Positions 49,862-64,000 of a stretch of 64,000 nt of DNA are shown here, in pieces. Origin of the DNA: Octopus sinensis (Eukaryota). The position numbers and the translations under genes are program-made. The notes below the pieces were generated by a model. It saw nothing but the letters and a program-made list of their open reading frames with translations. It was not told the DNA's origin and made no database searches. The stretch spans positions 23,684,001 to 23,748,000 of the forward strand of contig NC_043010.1 of the NCBI RefSeq assembly GCF_006345805.1, written 5' to 3'. The stretch's first letter is position 1, and every line of letters begins with the position of its first letter.

Positions 49862-50640
49862 AAGGCAGTCGATTAGATTGACCCCAGTACGCTACTGGTA
49901 CATAATCTATCGAACCAGAAATGATGAAAGGCAAAGTCGACCTCGATAGAATTTGAACTCAGAACGTAAAGACAGACGAAATACGGCTAAACATTTCGCC
50001 CGGCGTGCTAACGTTTCTGCCAGATTGCCGCCTTTAATATAATTTTCTACTCTAGGTACAAAGCCTGAAATCTTTTGGGAGGGGGCCAGTTAATTATATC
50101 AATCCCCAGTACGCAACTGGTACTCAATGTATCAACTCCGAAAGGATAAAAGACAAAGTTGACCTCGGCGGAATTTGAAGTCAGAATGTAAGGACTGCCA
50201 AAAGGCTGCTAAGTATTTCGCCTGGCGTGCTAAAGTTTCTTATTTCTTTATTGCCCACAAGGGACTAAACATAGAGGGAACAAACAAGGATAGAGAAAGG
50301 AATTAAGTTGATTATATCTATTTCTTCACTGCCCACAAGGGGCTAAACACAGAGAGGACAAACAAGGACAGACAAACGGATTAAGTCGATTATATCAACC
50401 CCAGTACTGGTTAACTGGTACTTAATTTATCGACCCCGAAAGGATGAAAGGCAAAGTCGACCTCGGCGTAATTTGAACTCAGGACGTAACGGCAGACGAA
50501 ATACGGCTACGCATTTCGTCCGGCGTGCTAACGTTTCTGCCAACTCGCCGCCTTTAAGTCGATTATATCGACGCCAGTGCGTAACTGGTACTTAATTTAA
50601 CAACCCCAAAAGGATGAAAGGTAAAGTCGACTTCGGCGGA
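49862..50640 (-). mobile_element. Cluster of SINE family A copies
   Basis: Repeated GGATGAAAGGCAAAGTCGACCTCG and TTCTGCCAACTCGCCGCCTT. Confidence 0.85.
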
Positions 50641-51234
50641 TTGAATTGTACTGATTCTCTTAAAGCATCTTGATTGAAATCTGATGAAATCTGGTCTGAG
50701 TTGAGGTCTCAATGATAAATCTCCGGAACGAAACTTTGAAACTTTGAAAATCCAGTTTCTCACTGATCGGTCAGTAATGACACCTTGGCCACAAACACTG
50801 CATACATTCTTAGCTGTCTCTGTGGCATTTTTTTAATTATTCTTAAACTCCTACATCACACGTCGAATATGCACTCTCAATTCACCCATTTTAGGTGAGC
50901 GAAGTATATTAAATTATGATGTGCACTCTTTCACTGCTTCAATATGAATGATACATGAGGCTATTTTAATAAAACGATAGTTTCCATTTCAATTTTAAAC
51001 TTTTGAAGTTCGAAATTTCCAAAAATCTGAAATTATTTATGACTCGACCCAATACTAGTAGCCCAATGATCATCCCGAGATCTGTTTAAGGTTTCGTTTA
51101 TTTAGTTTTTGTTAATATTTTTTTATATATATTTATAACCAGTAATTGCTCAATTAGCATATTCGGCCAATAAATGGGTGATACAGAATGACAAGTCGAG
51201 TAACACGACCTCAGACTATTTTATCTTTTAATTG

Positions 51235-52025
51235 TTGCGGTCATTAGACGGCAGCCATGATGGAGCATCGCCACAACAAATTTTTCATCGAATGAATCAA
51301 CACCAGCACTTCTTTTTTAAGACGTGGTACTTATTTTTTCCGTCTCTTTCACCAGGGTGGGGTGGGGGAAAACAGACACAAAACACACACAGACACACAG
51401 TCATACACACTCACATGTATATCTATATATATATATAGGTGCAGACGTTGGTGTGTGGTAGGTAGCTTGCTTACCAACCACATGGTTCCAGGTTCAATCC
51501 CACTGCGTAGCAAATTAGGCAAGTGTCTTCTTACTATAGTCTTGGACCGACCAAAGACTTGTGAGTGGATTTGGCAGACGGAAACTGAAAGAAGCCCGTC
51601 GTATTATGTGTTTGTATGTTTGTGTGTCTGTGTTTGTCCCCCACTATCGCTTGACAACCGATGTTGTTGTGTTTATGCCCCCGTAACTTAGCCGTTCGCC
51701 AAAAGAGACCGATAGAATAAATACTAGGCTTATAAAGAATAAGTCCTGGGGTTGATTTGTTCCACTGAAGTCGGTGCTCCAGCATGGCCGCTGTCAAATG
51801 ACTGAAACAAAGACGGAATTGTGACAGTTTCCGTCTACCAAATGCACTGATAAGGCTGAATTCACGCGCGTGTATGTGTGATTTAATGTTTTTCTTTCAG
51901 TTTCTCTCTACCGTTTCTCACAAACCTTTAGTCTTCCGGAGGCTATAGTAGAAGGCACTTATGCATGGTGCCACATACTGGGACTGAACCAGGAATCACG
52001 CTGTTAGGAAGTAAACTTCTTTATC
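51235..52025. mobile_element. SINE family B copies in alternating orientation
   Basis: Minus 51235-51395, plus 51435-51810, minus 51830-52025. Confidence 0.75.
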
Positions 52026-53072
52026 ACTGCATATTTTCAGCGATCTACCTCTGGTTCTTTATCTATTTATCTGATTTCAGCAATGATAGACTCTTCTATG
52101 GCTTTTCTCTTTCGGAACTTTTCCGATTTGAAAACTGCAATCGATTTTTAATCTCATAATTAATCCACCTTTCACTTCCTTTCGTAAAGCAAAATATGTA
52201 TATATCTTGATTCTCTTAAAAAAACATTTAAACCCGGCACCAAAAATGAAGATATCCAGCTAAGATCGAAATACGTTTATGCAATTGGAGTTTTACGATG
52301 TTCGATACCTTCTTTAATGCGAAAGAGATTAAATGTAATGTTCTACATTGTAATTTTCAACAGAATTATTATTGCTAAAAGTAATAATGTTGTTAAATTA
52401 AATAATAATAATAATAATAATTCAAATAATGAAACCACTAAGTAGGGTATAGCGTTCCTTCTCACAAAATACACAAAATATAAAATGACCGGAAGAATGT
52501 AACCACGTGCGCATATATGCACAGTTATATACGAATGTGTGTGTGTGTATATATATATAGATGTATATATATATATATATATATATATCCATATATCTAT
52601 TTACATGTACAACTATCTACAACTCTCTCCTTTCTCACTCTCTCTTTCTCTATCTATATATATATATATACATATATGCATATACATATATATATCCGCG
52701 AGTATGTATACATATATATACACACGCACACACACACTCACACACACGCGCACGCACGCACACACACATATATGTATGTATATACATAGATATATATATT
52801 ATACTTGATGGACACAAATAAACACTCGTTTGTATATTATAAATCTTTGTTTTTGTCGAAGTCATGAACTAAAATGTTTGAAATAAATATTAAATAAATG
52901 TTATGAAAGACATTTTTTTAAAAAAAAAGATCAATTGAACTTACGCTTGATGACTGAATCTCAATGCGCCATTTTGTTCGAGGATCATCTGTGTAACTTT
53001 GAAGTTTAATGAGCATCTAGGCAACATATAGGCACAGATAAGCACACGAACCCACAATCACACGTATATAAG

Positions 53073-53121
<49 letters not shown>

Positions 53122-53442
53122 CAATAATAAATCTCTGAACGAATATATATTCACAACCATAGATACTTATCCAGAAATGGGCAAATGACATGAACAGATA
53201 GGAATGCAATCCTCACCGATAAGCCGGTGAGTTTTCACATTTAACCAGCAGTGGATTTAAAAGAGCTGAATGGAATGGAAATGCTTTCAATATTGATTTT
53301 TGTTTTTAGCTCCCCTCTTTTTTAAATGTGTATCGTCAGTTTATCTCAAGTGCTAAGTGTTCCTCTCTGCAGATATACCGAAGAGGGATTCGGTTAATAT
53401 TTTTCCAACATTTACCCATAATGTTTTGCTACATCAAGTAAT

Positions 53443-53533
<91 letters not shown>

Positions 53534-53994
53534 CACATACACACACTCACTCACTCACTCATTTGCATCATTTGAAAGTTCCTTTGAAATCATTTCAGTT
53601 CTGATTGGTAAAGAGATAAACACCTTACCAGAAAAAAAAGAACAGAAACTCGTAATGCTGCGGCTGGGGACCATTTTCTGGTTTATCGTTGAGGGTTCCC
53701 GTTGTTGGAATTTACCAACTTTAGAATAGATAAACAACGTTTAATTTCAAGTTTATTGCCACTGTGGGATATTTCTGATTGTTTCAATGGTTTTCTTTCT
53801 AACTTTTAATGTAAATTTGATGATAGGCATTCTTGATTTGGCCATTTCATCTTTTCATCTTTGGGAATACCATTCGCTTTTTTCTTCCTTTCTCTTCGCA
53901 ATATTATTTTGTTTGAAAAAAAAAGAAAATACAAAACGGAAAAAGAAAGCAATAAAAAATTATATGTTAGTATTTAACGACTGAAGTGAATAAT

Positions 53995-54423
<429 letters not shown>

Positions 54424-54427
<4 letters not shown>

Positions 54428-54981
54428 GCCCTGATGCAGTACCAGGCAGTGGCTCTCATGGCTTCTGATCTTAACTGATTGGAAGTGTTATCATGTACAT
54501 TGTTTTGTCTTGGTATAAAAGATGGGCTACAACAAATATTCTGCTCAATACCACAGATTTGCTTGTCAGTTGTTTGACTTTAATCAGTTGAGCATGTCCC
54601 TTAGTGGCTGACGATATGTGCATCTCTGATCACGAGCAGAATTAGTGGGGGAGCATCATAGCCATGTGTTGAGAGGGATTCTTTGGGGTTTGAATAATTC
54701 ACCTCTGGAAACATGGGTGTTTCGTTCAACATCCTTAAACAACCCTTATTCAGGGACCTTTAGAGTGGGATGGGTTACTCGACCTGAAGAAAATTCTAAC
54801 TGGGCCCCACTTGCAAGGTCATGTGCTGTTTATTTTGATATGAGATCACCATGTCGCGCACATATGGTTGTGATGCATGTGCCTAGTGTACCTTTATCAG
54901 ACGGGTAGTCATGATGGGTATACTGGGCTTCGTATATTTTACCCCAGTGTCACTTTGATGGCATGCACTGCTCTCTCACTC
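54424..54981 (+). mobile_element. 558-bp non-coding element flanked on both sides by (AAT)n
   Basis: (AAT)n|AAATGCCCTG...CTCTCTCACTC|(AAT)4; second copy at 2334. Confidence 0.75.
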
Positions 54982-54993
54982 AATAATAATAAT

Positions 54994-56145
54994 TGTACTT
55001 AGAGACTGCAAGAGGAGCAAAAGTAACTTAGTCATGTCATGAATCGACTTTCGTAAGGCGTACGATATGATACCACATTCTTGGATTATGGAATGTAGGA
55101 ACTTATTTGGTACTGCATCGAATGTTGAGCGATTGCTACGAAAAAGTTTGGTGAATTGGAAGACTGACCTGACAGCATACGGAAGAAGTTTAGGTTCAGT
55201 AGAAATTAGGAGGGGCATCTTTCTAGGGGACTTCCTGTCCCCACTGATCATTGTACTGTGCTTGATAAAACTAACACGGATTCTGAGGAAAGCAAAAGCT
55301 GGGTATGTATTGGAAACCGCCAACAAAAAATCAACCATTTGTTATTCGTGGATGACCTCAAACTTTATGGCAAAGTTGAAGCCCAAGTCAGTTCCCTCGT
55401 TGATACGGTGTATACCTTCAGTGCTGATATCAGAATGGAGTTCGGACTGAAAAAGTGTGGTGTGTTAGTATTGAAGAGAGGCAAAATCAAATGTAGGATA
55501 GACTAATGATACCGTCGGGGGAGGTTATAAAGCAGATAGAAGAGACGGGCTATAAGTACTTGGGGATTTGGGAAATTGATAAAATGATGGAGAAACAAAA
55601 GACAGAAAAGTGTAAGGTGGGGCACTTGTGCAGACTGAGACTGATACTAAAGTCGAAATTAAACGGACGGAATATGATCGAAACTATCGATACCTGGGCG
55701 GTTTCACACCTTAGATATGGAGCAGGGATAATCGCATGGACAGTAGACGAACTAAACAGCTTAGACAGAAAGACAAGGAAGTGGCTAACTAGATACGGGT
55801 CACTCCACCCAAAAGTGACACAGACAGATTGTATGTACTAAGAAAAAGTAGGGGAAGAGGACTTATTTGATGCGAACACATCATTAGAGCAGCAGAAAAC
55901 AACATATCATGGTATGTAAAAAATGCCACAGAACCGTCATTATTAGAAGTAAGAAGGTCAAGCTTGTATAGGATGAAAGATTGCAAAGATAAAGCACTAT
56001 ACAAGAATTTGAAAACGAATGAAACTGAAAATAGGTGGGTAAACAAAAGATGCATGGTCAATTTCATTGGGATGTTGAAGATAAGACAGACAGAGAAAAA
56101 AGATGGCTGTGGATGACTAAAAGTGATTTAAAACCGGAAACTGGC
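54994..56145 (+). mobile_element. R4/Dong-type RT pseudogene fragment, truncated at both ends
   Basis: IDFRKAYDMIPHSWI, RGIFLGDFLSPL, HLLFVDDLKL and YKYLG, with frameshifts. Confidence 0.85.
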
Positions 56146-58395
56146 ACAAACTCTTCTCTGAATACGAATCTGGATGGTCACTTGAACAGGAACCGCTCCA
56201 TCTCGAAACCTTCAAGTCCACCACCACATCCACCACAGAACGAAAAGTGTAAGGGGATAAAATAGACCCGCGAAAAGTATACAGAAGTAATTTATGCCTA
56301 TTACTATGCATTAAGCAGGCTATCTGAAGAGAAACACACCGCAAACTCTTACCAAATGTGAACTATACGAAATCAAGACAGCAGACTATATATGGACGAA
56401 AACAAGTTAGCAAATATTCGGAGGGATATCTTCAGAAATAAAAGACCCACAGATAGTGAAACAACCGCAATCAAGCACGCAATGGAAAATGACCTAAATG
56501 TAAGACAGAAAGGAAATGAAGAACCAAAGAGAACAACTCTCCACAAATCACAATTGAAAGGCTGCCATCTAACCAGAACACTCAAACGTCTGGAGAAATA
56601 AATTTTAATGAACCTGATAAAGATAGCGAGTTAAAGTGATAAAGATATAATATTTGAAAACTACACATTTACTGAAGAACACTGAGAGTCTAAGATAGAA
56701 CTGAAGCAGAAAAGCCTCACTAGGCTTGCAGTTGTAAGACACGCCAATAAGCATAGTAGAGAACTACTTCATAAACTCTTAAATACAATCCAAAATAGAA
56801 AACAAATTAAAATTGGAAACTCTGTAACAAAAGAAATCATACAAGAATTAAAACCAGATTTCACTGAATTAAATGAAATTATTTACGCAGTTGCTAAGAC
56901 AATTGAAACCAGTTGCAAGTCTCTGAAAAAACAAAGACATAAAAGCCTTAGAAGAATTCCAAACTGGAAAAATAAAATTAAAAAATAGATTAAAATAATG
57001 GGAAGTGAAATATAAATATTGAATAATCTAATCTGTGGAAACGATGTAAAAACCAGAAAAGAAAGAAAGAAGATAAAATATAGATTCTCACCAAGAGAAG
57101 AACTGCTTTCAACAAAAGAAACACTGCAACAAAAAGCTCAAAGAATACAAAGATTTGAGAAGAGAAACAAATTTTATAAGCAAAATAAGCTGTTCGCAGT
57201 CAATGCGAAAAATTCTACAAAGAAATAGGGAAGCAACCGTTAAAACCCCAGCCCCTGCCATGGAAGAAGTTGACAATTCTGGAAAAATATCTGGAGTAAT
57301 GAAAAGACTTACAATGAAAATGCAGACTGGATTAGAGACACAGAAGGATCGTACCAAAACTTACCAGACCAAACATGGGAAGACATCACAATAGCAGACC
57401 TAAGGATGACACTCACGAAGGTTCATAATTGAAAATCTCCTTGTAATGATAAGGTGCCAAATTTCTGGCTCGCCTCGTTCCTATGTGTACACAAAAAGTT
57501 AGTCCAGCTATTCAATGAAATTATGAGAGATCCTACGAAAACACCTGATTGGTTAGCAAGAGGTATCACTTACCTATTCCCGAAGAATAATGAAACCAAA
57601 TTTCCCCAAAACGATCGGCCCATAACATGTCTGTCTACCACGAATAAAATGTTAATATCCATCCTAGTGGAGAAAACATACAAATTTATGGAGCAGAACG
57701 ATATTTTCCTCACTGAACAAAAATGGTGCCGACGAGGCTCATATGGATGCAAAGATCAACTCTTAATCAGTCGTATGATTCTTGAGAACTGCCATTACAA
57801 ACGCAGAAATCTCATTTCCGCATGGATTGATTATAAAAAGGCCTTTAACAGCACACTGCATTCATGGATTTTGGCATCACTGGATATCTTCAACATTTCT
57901 CCTGTGATTTCAAACTCCCCATCATATATTGTTGTGAAAGACAGACCACAATATATCGGCAAAATAAATTGATCAACTCAGAAAATATAAAGATTCACTA
58001 ATCAAAATCGAAAAGATGTGGCATCTCAAGACGGTTCCAATACCAATGATTGTAGGAGCTCTTGGAATGATCAAAAAAAGAACTGAAAATTATTTAAGAA
58101 TGATCCCTGGTTTACCATCCACGCAGGAAGTGCTAAAGATTCTCTTAACTGGTAACTGGTCACACGTATTGAGAAGAGCATCGGCGCTGTGAATTTTCTT
58201 TTCTTTTCCTCCTTTATTTTATTTCTATACTTTTCTATTTTTTTTTTCCTTTTTCTCTGTCTACTTCTTTTTCTCTACCACATGACTTTGTAAATGAACA
58301 TTCTGGCCTACCAATGTATACAGTACATTTCTCTGCCCTAGGTGTCAGGAAAACACTCAACAAGAAATGGAAACAAAACTGGATGAAGATGCTAA
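56146..58395 (+). mobile_element. Second R4/Dong-type element: N-terminus and early RT joined to the C-terminus by a large deletion
   Basis: NFWL, PITCLST, EQKWCRRGSYGCKDQLLI and WIDYKKAF; then PIPMIVGALGMIKK; 3' UTR ends in (GAT)n(AAT)n. Confidence 0.8.
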
Positions 58396-58769
58396 TGAAA
58401 ATGATGATGATGATGATGATAATAATAGTAATAATAATAATAATAATAACTGTCTTAAATTTTTGGCGCCGTAGAATATATTCGTTATCCAGATAAAATA
58501 TGGTTACATTAGGGAATATCAATAGAAAAATGTCGCTACTTCCTTATCCTACAGTCATTGCCATTAGTATCAACCAATGAACAATCATTTGAGATTGATG
58601 AAATAAGTTCTATTTGAAAACTGGAATCCATATAATCGATTTGCCCCTCCCCACAAATTGTTGGCCTTTAACTAACATTTTAAACCAATATCAGGATGTC
58701 GTCTCGAGAAAAGAACTCAATATATGTGCATACTAACTTTTCCTTTCCCTGATCGTAATATATTCTTTT

Positions 58770-58962
58770 ATTCTTTTACTTGTTTCAGTCATTTGACTCC
58801 GGCCCCGAGTCTTATTCTTTGGAAACCTAATACTTATTCTATCAGTTTCTTTTGCAGAATCGCTAAGTTACGGGTACGTAAAGACACCAGAATCAGTTTT
58901 CAAGCGATGGTGTAGCGACAAACACAGATACACAAATACATACACACGCGCGCGCGCACACA

Positions 58963-59049
<87 letters not shown>

Positions 59050-59235
59050 TGTGTGTGTGTGTGTATACGACGGGCTTCTTTTCAATTTCCGTCTACCAAA
59101 TCCACTCTCAAGGGTTTGGCCGGCCCGAGGCTGTAGTAGAAGATAACACTTGCCTAATGTGCCACGCAGTGGAACTGAACCCGGACCATGTGGGTGGGAA
59201 GCAAACTTCTTACCACGCAGCCACTCCTGCGCCTA
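58770..59235 (-). mobile_element. SINE family B with internal microsatellites
   Basis: Head and tail in reverse complement. Confidence 0.8.
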
Positions 59236-59439
59236 TTAAATTCCTCAAATTTATATATTAATGGGTAAAGACCCCTTTCGGTCAAGAATGGCCATGGGAT
59301 TGCACATAGAAAATTCCCTCCAAAGCACAAGTCCGTGCAAGGTTGTTTATAGAAGACCTGCAGTTGCCCATGCCATCGATATTATCCAAAGGAATGGCAA
59401 AGGCCGACACACTTTGGCACCAGTAACGTGGCAACTCAA

Positions 59440-59580
59440 TTCTACAGCTGACTGAACTGAAGTAACGCGAAACAAAGTGTCTTGCTCAAGAACACAACAC
59501 AGCGCTTGTTCCGGGAATCGAACGCACAACCTCTTGTTTGTGAGCCCGATGCTCCATCTCAATCACTAAGCTATGCGCCA
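59440..59580 (-). mobile_element. SINE family C-like 5' part
   Basis: AAGTGTCTTGCTCAAGAACAC...GGGAATCGAAC. Confidence 0.7.
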
Positions 59581-59806
59581 TCACATTTGTATATTATTTA
59601 TATATTATTTATATATTTATTCTGATTTCATTTGTCTATTTTCCCCCTTTTTTTATCTACGTATTTTGTACTTTGACTGTCAGCCTATCCTGTCTCTCTC
59701 TGAATCAATGATTTTAGTCCTGGCTTTGAACTGCTGTAATCACTCATTACTATAGGCATACATTATTAAACTGAGTGAATGGCGAGAGTATATAACGCAA
59801 AACTTG

Positions 59807-59930
59807 TTTATACAATCACCTGACGAGGCACATTCTACACCAGGGATGTAATATAATGACTGCACGACGTCTCACCTTTGGACTACACGTCATAGATTTC
59901 GTCGAAACAGTTGTAGTGACTTTGAATAAA
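59807..59930 (+). ncRNA. Type I hammerhead fold with long stem II insertion
   Basis: TCAC-CTGACGA-GGC...GTC-GAAA-CAGTTG-TA-GTGA; stem I extends via TTTATACAA/TTGAATAAA. Confidence 0.55.
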
Positions 59931-61509
59931 GTATTTTGTTAATTTCCATTTTCTGTTGTTTACTTATATATGTAAGTATTTATGTATGTATTTGCATATT
60001 AATGCCTTTATGCAAGCATGTGTAGTGGGAATATATAAGGTGACGATGTGGCTGCGTGTAGGTTATTACAATAGTTCATAAAGAGATGAAGAATGAATTG
60101 AAGACATATATTTACTAAATAAAAATATATCTTATTTACTGGTCGATGATGATACATAAAATCAAAATTTAGAATCTGTTAAATGATGTAATCGATGCAA
60201 GAAAGTTCAGAGATAGAAAATGTAGAAATAAGAGTTAAGTGGTGGTTTTCAGTCATATGGCATAGAGAAACAGACGGACATAGCAATGTCGTGAATGGCT
60301 CTAAGTCTAATCGACTAAGAAACGAAGAGTTGGGTTAGCAAGTTGTTTTTATTAATGGAACACTGGACATTCTAGAAACTTCCATGAGAATGCCAAGCTT
60401 CTTGAATAATTAAGAATCACGTCTCATAACACAGATGCTTCGAGAAATTAAGAAAAGGGAGGCTACTCTATAATCTTTCTTGCTAGGGAGATCATTCAAA
60501 CTATTTATCTACGTAGACCACTACACATGTACGCCTTTTTCTCCTTTATATTCAGTCGCTTTCCTTCAAGTAAAAAGAACCGGTTTCTAACAAAGACATA
60601 AAGCAACATCACTGGAAATTTGGATTACAACAACGGTAATTGTTACACATAGAACTTTGAGAAAGTCTTGAATACTTTTATTGTTCCACTTACGGGCTGC
60701 ATGAACAAAGTCCGTGTTAGGTGGTTTCTTACTTTCTTTGAAACTCCTGGCTTCTGCATACTATGGATTTCTCTTTTCTCGCCTCTTTGATTCTTTGGTC
60801 TCCTCTTTGCCCACTCTATCACATTTCTCCGCCTCTCTTACTTTGCACTTCACTGAACTTGCCTTTCTTTTGTCCCGCCAGTCTTGGCACGCTCTATTTC
60901 TTCTCCCCCTCCTTAATTCCTTCTTTCTCTCTCTGCTCCACCTCCTTAATATCTTTGTCCCTCTTTTTCTCTCTCTTCTCCCTCTCTTTAATTCCTTTGC
61001 CCCTTTTTTCTCTCTCTTCTCTTCTCATGTGAGTGCCGGTCAACTATAGCCTTTCGGCTTCTGACCAGCGCCACGAAAACATCGATTGTTTCCACCTGCC
61101 GTAAGGCATTATTTTTCAAATACGCCAGCTAAGTTGAACTGTCTAAAGTCGAAAGACGACCGTTGTTTTTGTCCTGTTATTATTATTATTATTATTATTA
61201 TTGTTTTTTGTATTTATATTCGTATTACTTTTTGTTTTTTGTATCTATATTCGTGTAACATCGTCCGTTTTTCTCTCCTTGTTTCGTATACATTCGATCC
61301 TTTTTCCAAGAAATCTAATGCTCGTAGCTAAGTTTTTTCCTTGGAGCTGGCCAGATCGGAGCAATCTCAAGATTAATCAGCCGAAATTGCGAGGATGATC
61401 CGATTCTTGACTGAAGATTAGAGACTTCGAATGACCCGTCCGTTTTTTGTGTCGTCTATTTGAATATTTTGCGTTCTTGTCCCATTTTGTATTTTTATAT
61501 ATATTTTTT

Positions 61510-61628
<119 letters not shown>

Positions 61629-62166
61629 TATATATATGTATATCAATCCTGATATTGGTTTAAAATATTAGTTCAAGGCCAGCAATTTGTGAGGAGAGGC
61701 AAATCGATTATATGGATACCAGTTTTCAAAGTTCGATGTGTAACAATTACGCGCATGTATTATAGCTTGGCTGCTGTTGCTGGGATGGGACTTGATATGT
61801 GGTCGGTGTGGAGTGACTTGTAAATCCCCTAGCGGGCTTTAGGAAGCAAACGAGACTTCATCAACGATTGTGGGCGGGTTGTTAACTTCAGATGTTTCTT
61901 AGAGCGAAATGTATCTTGAACGTGATGTTACTCAGTTACGAGTCGGCATCCACCTTGTATGTATGTATGTAAGTATGTGTGTGTGTGCGTGTATGTATGT
62001 ATGTATGTATGTATGTATGTATGTATGTATGTATGTGTGTATGTATGTATGTATGTAAGTATGTATGTATGTGTGTGTGTATGTATGTATGTATGTAAGT
62101 ACGTATGTATGTATGTGTGTGTGTATGTATGTATGTATGTATGTATGTATGTATGTATGTATCTGA

Positions 62167-62480
62167 AGGCGCGTGGCTAAGTGGTTAGGGCATTCAACTC
62201 ACGATTATAAGGTCGTGAGTTCGATTCCCGGCGACGCGTTATGTCCTTGAGCAAGACACTTCACGTTGCTCCAGTCCACTCAGCTGGCAAAAATGAGTAG
62301 TACCTGTTTTTCAAAGGGCCAGCTTTGCCACACTCTGTGTCACGCTGAATCTCCCTGAGAACTACATTAAAGATACTTGTATCTGTGGGATGCTCAGCCA
62401 CTTGCATGTTAATTTCATGAGCAAGCTGTTCCTTTGATCGCATCAGCTGGGATACTGGTCGTCGTAACCGACGGAGTGCT
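62167..62480 (+). mobile_element. SINE family C, near full length
   Basis: GGCGCGTGGCTAAGTGGTTAG (A box), GAGTTCGATTCCC (B box). Confidence 0.85.
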
Positions 62481-62517
62481 CCTGTATATATGTATGTATA
62501 TATGCATCTATCTATCT

Positions 62518-62551
<34 letters not shown>

Positions 62552-62649
62552 ATCTATCTATCTATCTATCTGTCTGTCTGTCTGTCTATGTGTGTATCTA
62601 TGTATGTATGTGTTGCGTATGCGAATAGATGTGTATATAGGACTACAGT

Positions 62650-62810
62650 TGTTACGTTCTCAGTTCAAATTTCGCCGTGATCGACTTTATCTTTCATCCT
62701 TTCGGGGTCGATAAATTAAGCACCATTTACGCACTGGAGTAGATGCAATCAACTTAATTCCTTTGTTTGTCTCCTCTATGTTTAGCCCCTTGTGGGTAAT
62801 AAAGAAATAT
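62650..62810 (+). mobile_element. SINE family A, 3' part
   Basis: Body and GTGGGTAATAAAGAAATA tail. Confidence 0.8.
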
Positions 62811-63567
62811 ATATTGCATCTAAGCTCGCATCTACAAATGTATATATATATATGTATATATGGCAGTGTATGTCATACAGCATAACAGCTCATAACTAGC
62901 TTCACAAATAAACGTAGATATAGTTGCGTAACATATATATTTAACCGCCGGCCTGACAGACAACATGTGAACAAACCAATATAATGGATAAAAGATGTTT
63001 CAATAAATGTCAACAGTTGAATACGCATGTATGTATGCACACATAAATAAATGTGTGTGTATATGTGTGCATGTGTGTGCATAATCTTCTGTATGTGTAT
63101 TAAGGTAAATAATGTAAATAAATGGAACCGAGAAGCATGTGCAGTATATATATATGTATACACATGGATTGCTAGACAGGTGTATAGTCGAAAGACAGAG
63201 ATAAACAGAGACCAGATAAGCAGATATATGCTAGAAAAATGACAGAGGAATGCATACATATAAAACTAGTTAAATCTTTATATTATTTCCTGCAGAAGAG
63301 ATCTACGTAGTGAGATGAATAGTAACTGATGTTAGATAAACAGTATCGTTATAGATAGAGCAAATGGATACATATACACACGCAAATATAAATACACACT
63401 TGAAAGACACACGTACACGCACATATATATACGTATGTAATTTAAATGCATTTACACACACAAAGACAGACACACGCACATACGCGCATATATGTATGTG
63501 CGTGCTTATATATGCGTACATATATGCCTGTGTATGTAGCTATACGCGTATGTTTATATATATAAAG

Positions 63568-63614
<47 letters not shown>

Positions 63615-63651
63615 GACACACACGATATGTATGTGTGTGTGTATGTGAGCG

Positions 63652-63688
<37 letters not shown>

Positions 63689-64000
63689 AATATATGTATA
63701 TATATTATATATATACGTGCATATGTATTATAATACATAGATAACGTATATATAGAAAGAGAAAGTGAGAGAGAGAAGCACAGAGGGAGACAGAGAGACA
63801 GAGAGAAATAAAGATAGAAAGAACGAAACAATGAGTAAGAGCGTCAGATGATGAAAAGAAAAGTGTGCAAAGCTGTAAAGAAGACCTAGTGACTTTACAA
63901 CCGAAAAAACTTCACTGAACGACGACATTTCATAGACACATATTGGAACTGAGAGTGGCAATACGAAGGATTCGGCGTATCACGACTGTTGCCAGACAAT

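Noticed and set aside
53173-53230. Plus-strand exon ending CCG|GTGAGT
   Set aside because: Weak acceptor and stops in all three frames.

Overview
AT-rich, repeat-saturated animal genomic DNA with no recognisable intact host protein-coding gene. The SINE families and microsatellite load look like an octopus (coleoid cephalopod) intron or intergenic region; that assignment is inference from remembered repeat families. Contents: decayed non-LTR retrotransposons (four R4/Dong-type pieces beside trinucleotide microsatellites, a chimeric L1/Tx1-type element in (TATC)n, RTE pieces), Penelope-like remnants, mariner, pogo, piggyBac and Helitron-like derivatives, several tRNA-derived SINE families, and many microsatellites. 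Almost all long ORFs in the track are microsatellite or transposon artefacts. The strongest unexplained signal is a set of small self-cleaving-ribozyme elements: nine hammerhead folds of six sequence types plus one HDV-like fold. They include a 437-bp element with perfect 75-bp terminal inverted repeats around a hammerhead (16181-16617), a tRNA-head/(AAT)n/hammerhead-tail SINE candidate (42141-42474), and a 352-bp tandem plus inverted retrozyme-like unit (42521-43336). Also notable: a 558-bp (TAA)n-embedded non-coding element, a SINE tail matching the Tx1-type LINE 3' end, and locally templated or fold-back rearrangements. All folds and alignments were done by eye; ribozyme activity is untested.
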